Assembly: GCA_002633005.1 (NCBI GenBank)
Contig: NMRA01000332.1
Coordinates: forward strand, 313,392-377,391
Direction: 5' to 3'
DNA from: Phoronis australis
Lineage: Eukaryota; Animalia; Phoronida
DNA length: 64,000 nt
Shown: one piece after another, positions 63,324 to 64,000 of the stretch
Layout: each line of letters starts with the position of its first letter
Numbering within the stretch: position 1 is the first letter of the stretch
The notes under the pieces: model-generated
What the model was told of the DNA's origin: nothing
What the model saw: the letters and a program-made list of their open reading frames with translations, nothing else
Databases searched by the model: none
Made by a program: the position numbers and the translations under genes

Positions 63324-63803
63324 TATTGGGGATGATCACAAGCTGAAGACACGTGTGTCTGAAACAAGGTAAGTGATGTCGTATCTACATTTAGGAATTT
63401 TTTTGCCGAAAATTATGAATTTTTGCATCTTGACCAGTCTTTTTGAGCCCCCACGCTCATTTTTTGACTGAATACCAAATCAGTTGAGCTTCTAAATGAC
63501 CTCAATCAGTAAAATAATGAGTCGTGACTGTCCAACTTTTCACTGTAGTGCTCACTGCAGTCTAAATTCCACAACTGAAATTATTTTCTATCATCTAATA
63601 ATTCACAAAGAATATCAACAATACAGAACACGTTGGATTCTTCTTTGCGTGTTCAATGATCCTGGTGAGACCACTGAACCTCCATCAAGGAACTCCGAAG
63701 ATAAAGAGCCATACGCAAACAGAACCTAAACTGCCACTAGGTGACGCCACAATTAAGTCAGACTGAACCCAAAATCAATGGCAGGCGTACACTATGTAAC
63801 CTA

Positions 63804-64000
63804 CCGTAATCGTTCGGGTTAACGCCCTGGGCGGTTAAATTGGCGAACCCAAAAAATCGGGGGTGGGCGGTTAACCAGACATGGGCGCTTAAACGTGAAA
63901 TTTCAAGAAAACGGGGGGGGGGGCGGTTAACTGAACATGGGCGCTTATTACGACAGGCAACCGCCCTGGGCGGTTAATCTTACCTTATGATCTGAGTCAC
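63804..64000. mobile_element. End of another copy of the same Tc2/pogo-type family, running off the window
   Basis: TA + ccgtaatcgttcgggttaacgccctgggcggttaaattggc; matches the reverse complement of the 17034 end and 3134-3259. Confidence 0.75.

Overview
AT-rich, repeat-dense eukaryotic DNA, most likely from a bilaterian invertebrate (taxon is inference). One host gene is well supported on the minus strand: a ceramide phosphoethanolamine synthase (Cpes)-like CDP-alcohol phosphotransferase of 352 aa. It has three phase-0 coding exons (46198-45392, 8673-8551, 1342-1214) separated by 36.7-kb and 7.2-kb introns. The introns and upstream DNA are filled with transposable elements: a DINE-1/HINE-like (non-autonomous Helentron) family, Kolobok elements with decayed THAP domains, Tc2/pogo-, mariner-, hAT- and Harbinger-type non-autonomous elements, a 5'-truncated RNase H-bearing LINE, Penelope-like fragments with minimal hammerhead ribozymes, tRNA-derived segments and minisatellites. 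Main leads: (1) each ~140-160-bp internal subunit of the HINE family carries a CTCF-consensus motif, giving co-oriented arrays of up to 8 sites; (2) an upstream spliced reading frame may terminate in the exon that starts Cpes, suggesting a bicistronic arrangement; (3) a U3-A8 variant hammerhead, plus a fold-back Penelope insertion whose inversion point falls at the ribozyme site. The 1.8-kb tandem duplication around the single n at 59210 is probably an assembly artefact. No database searches were possible; family names rest on motifs read by eye.
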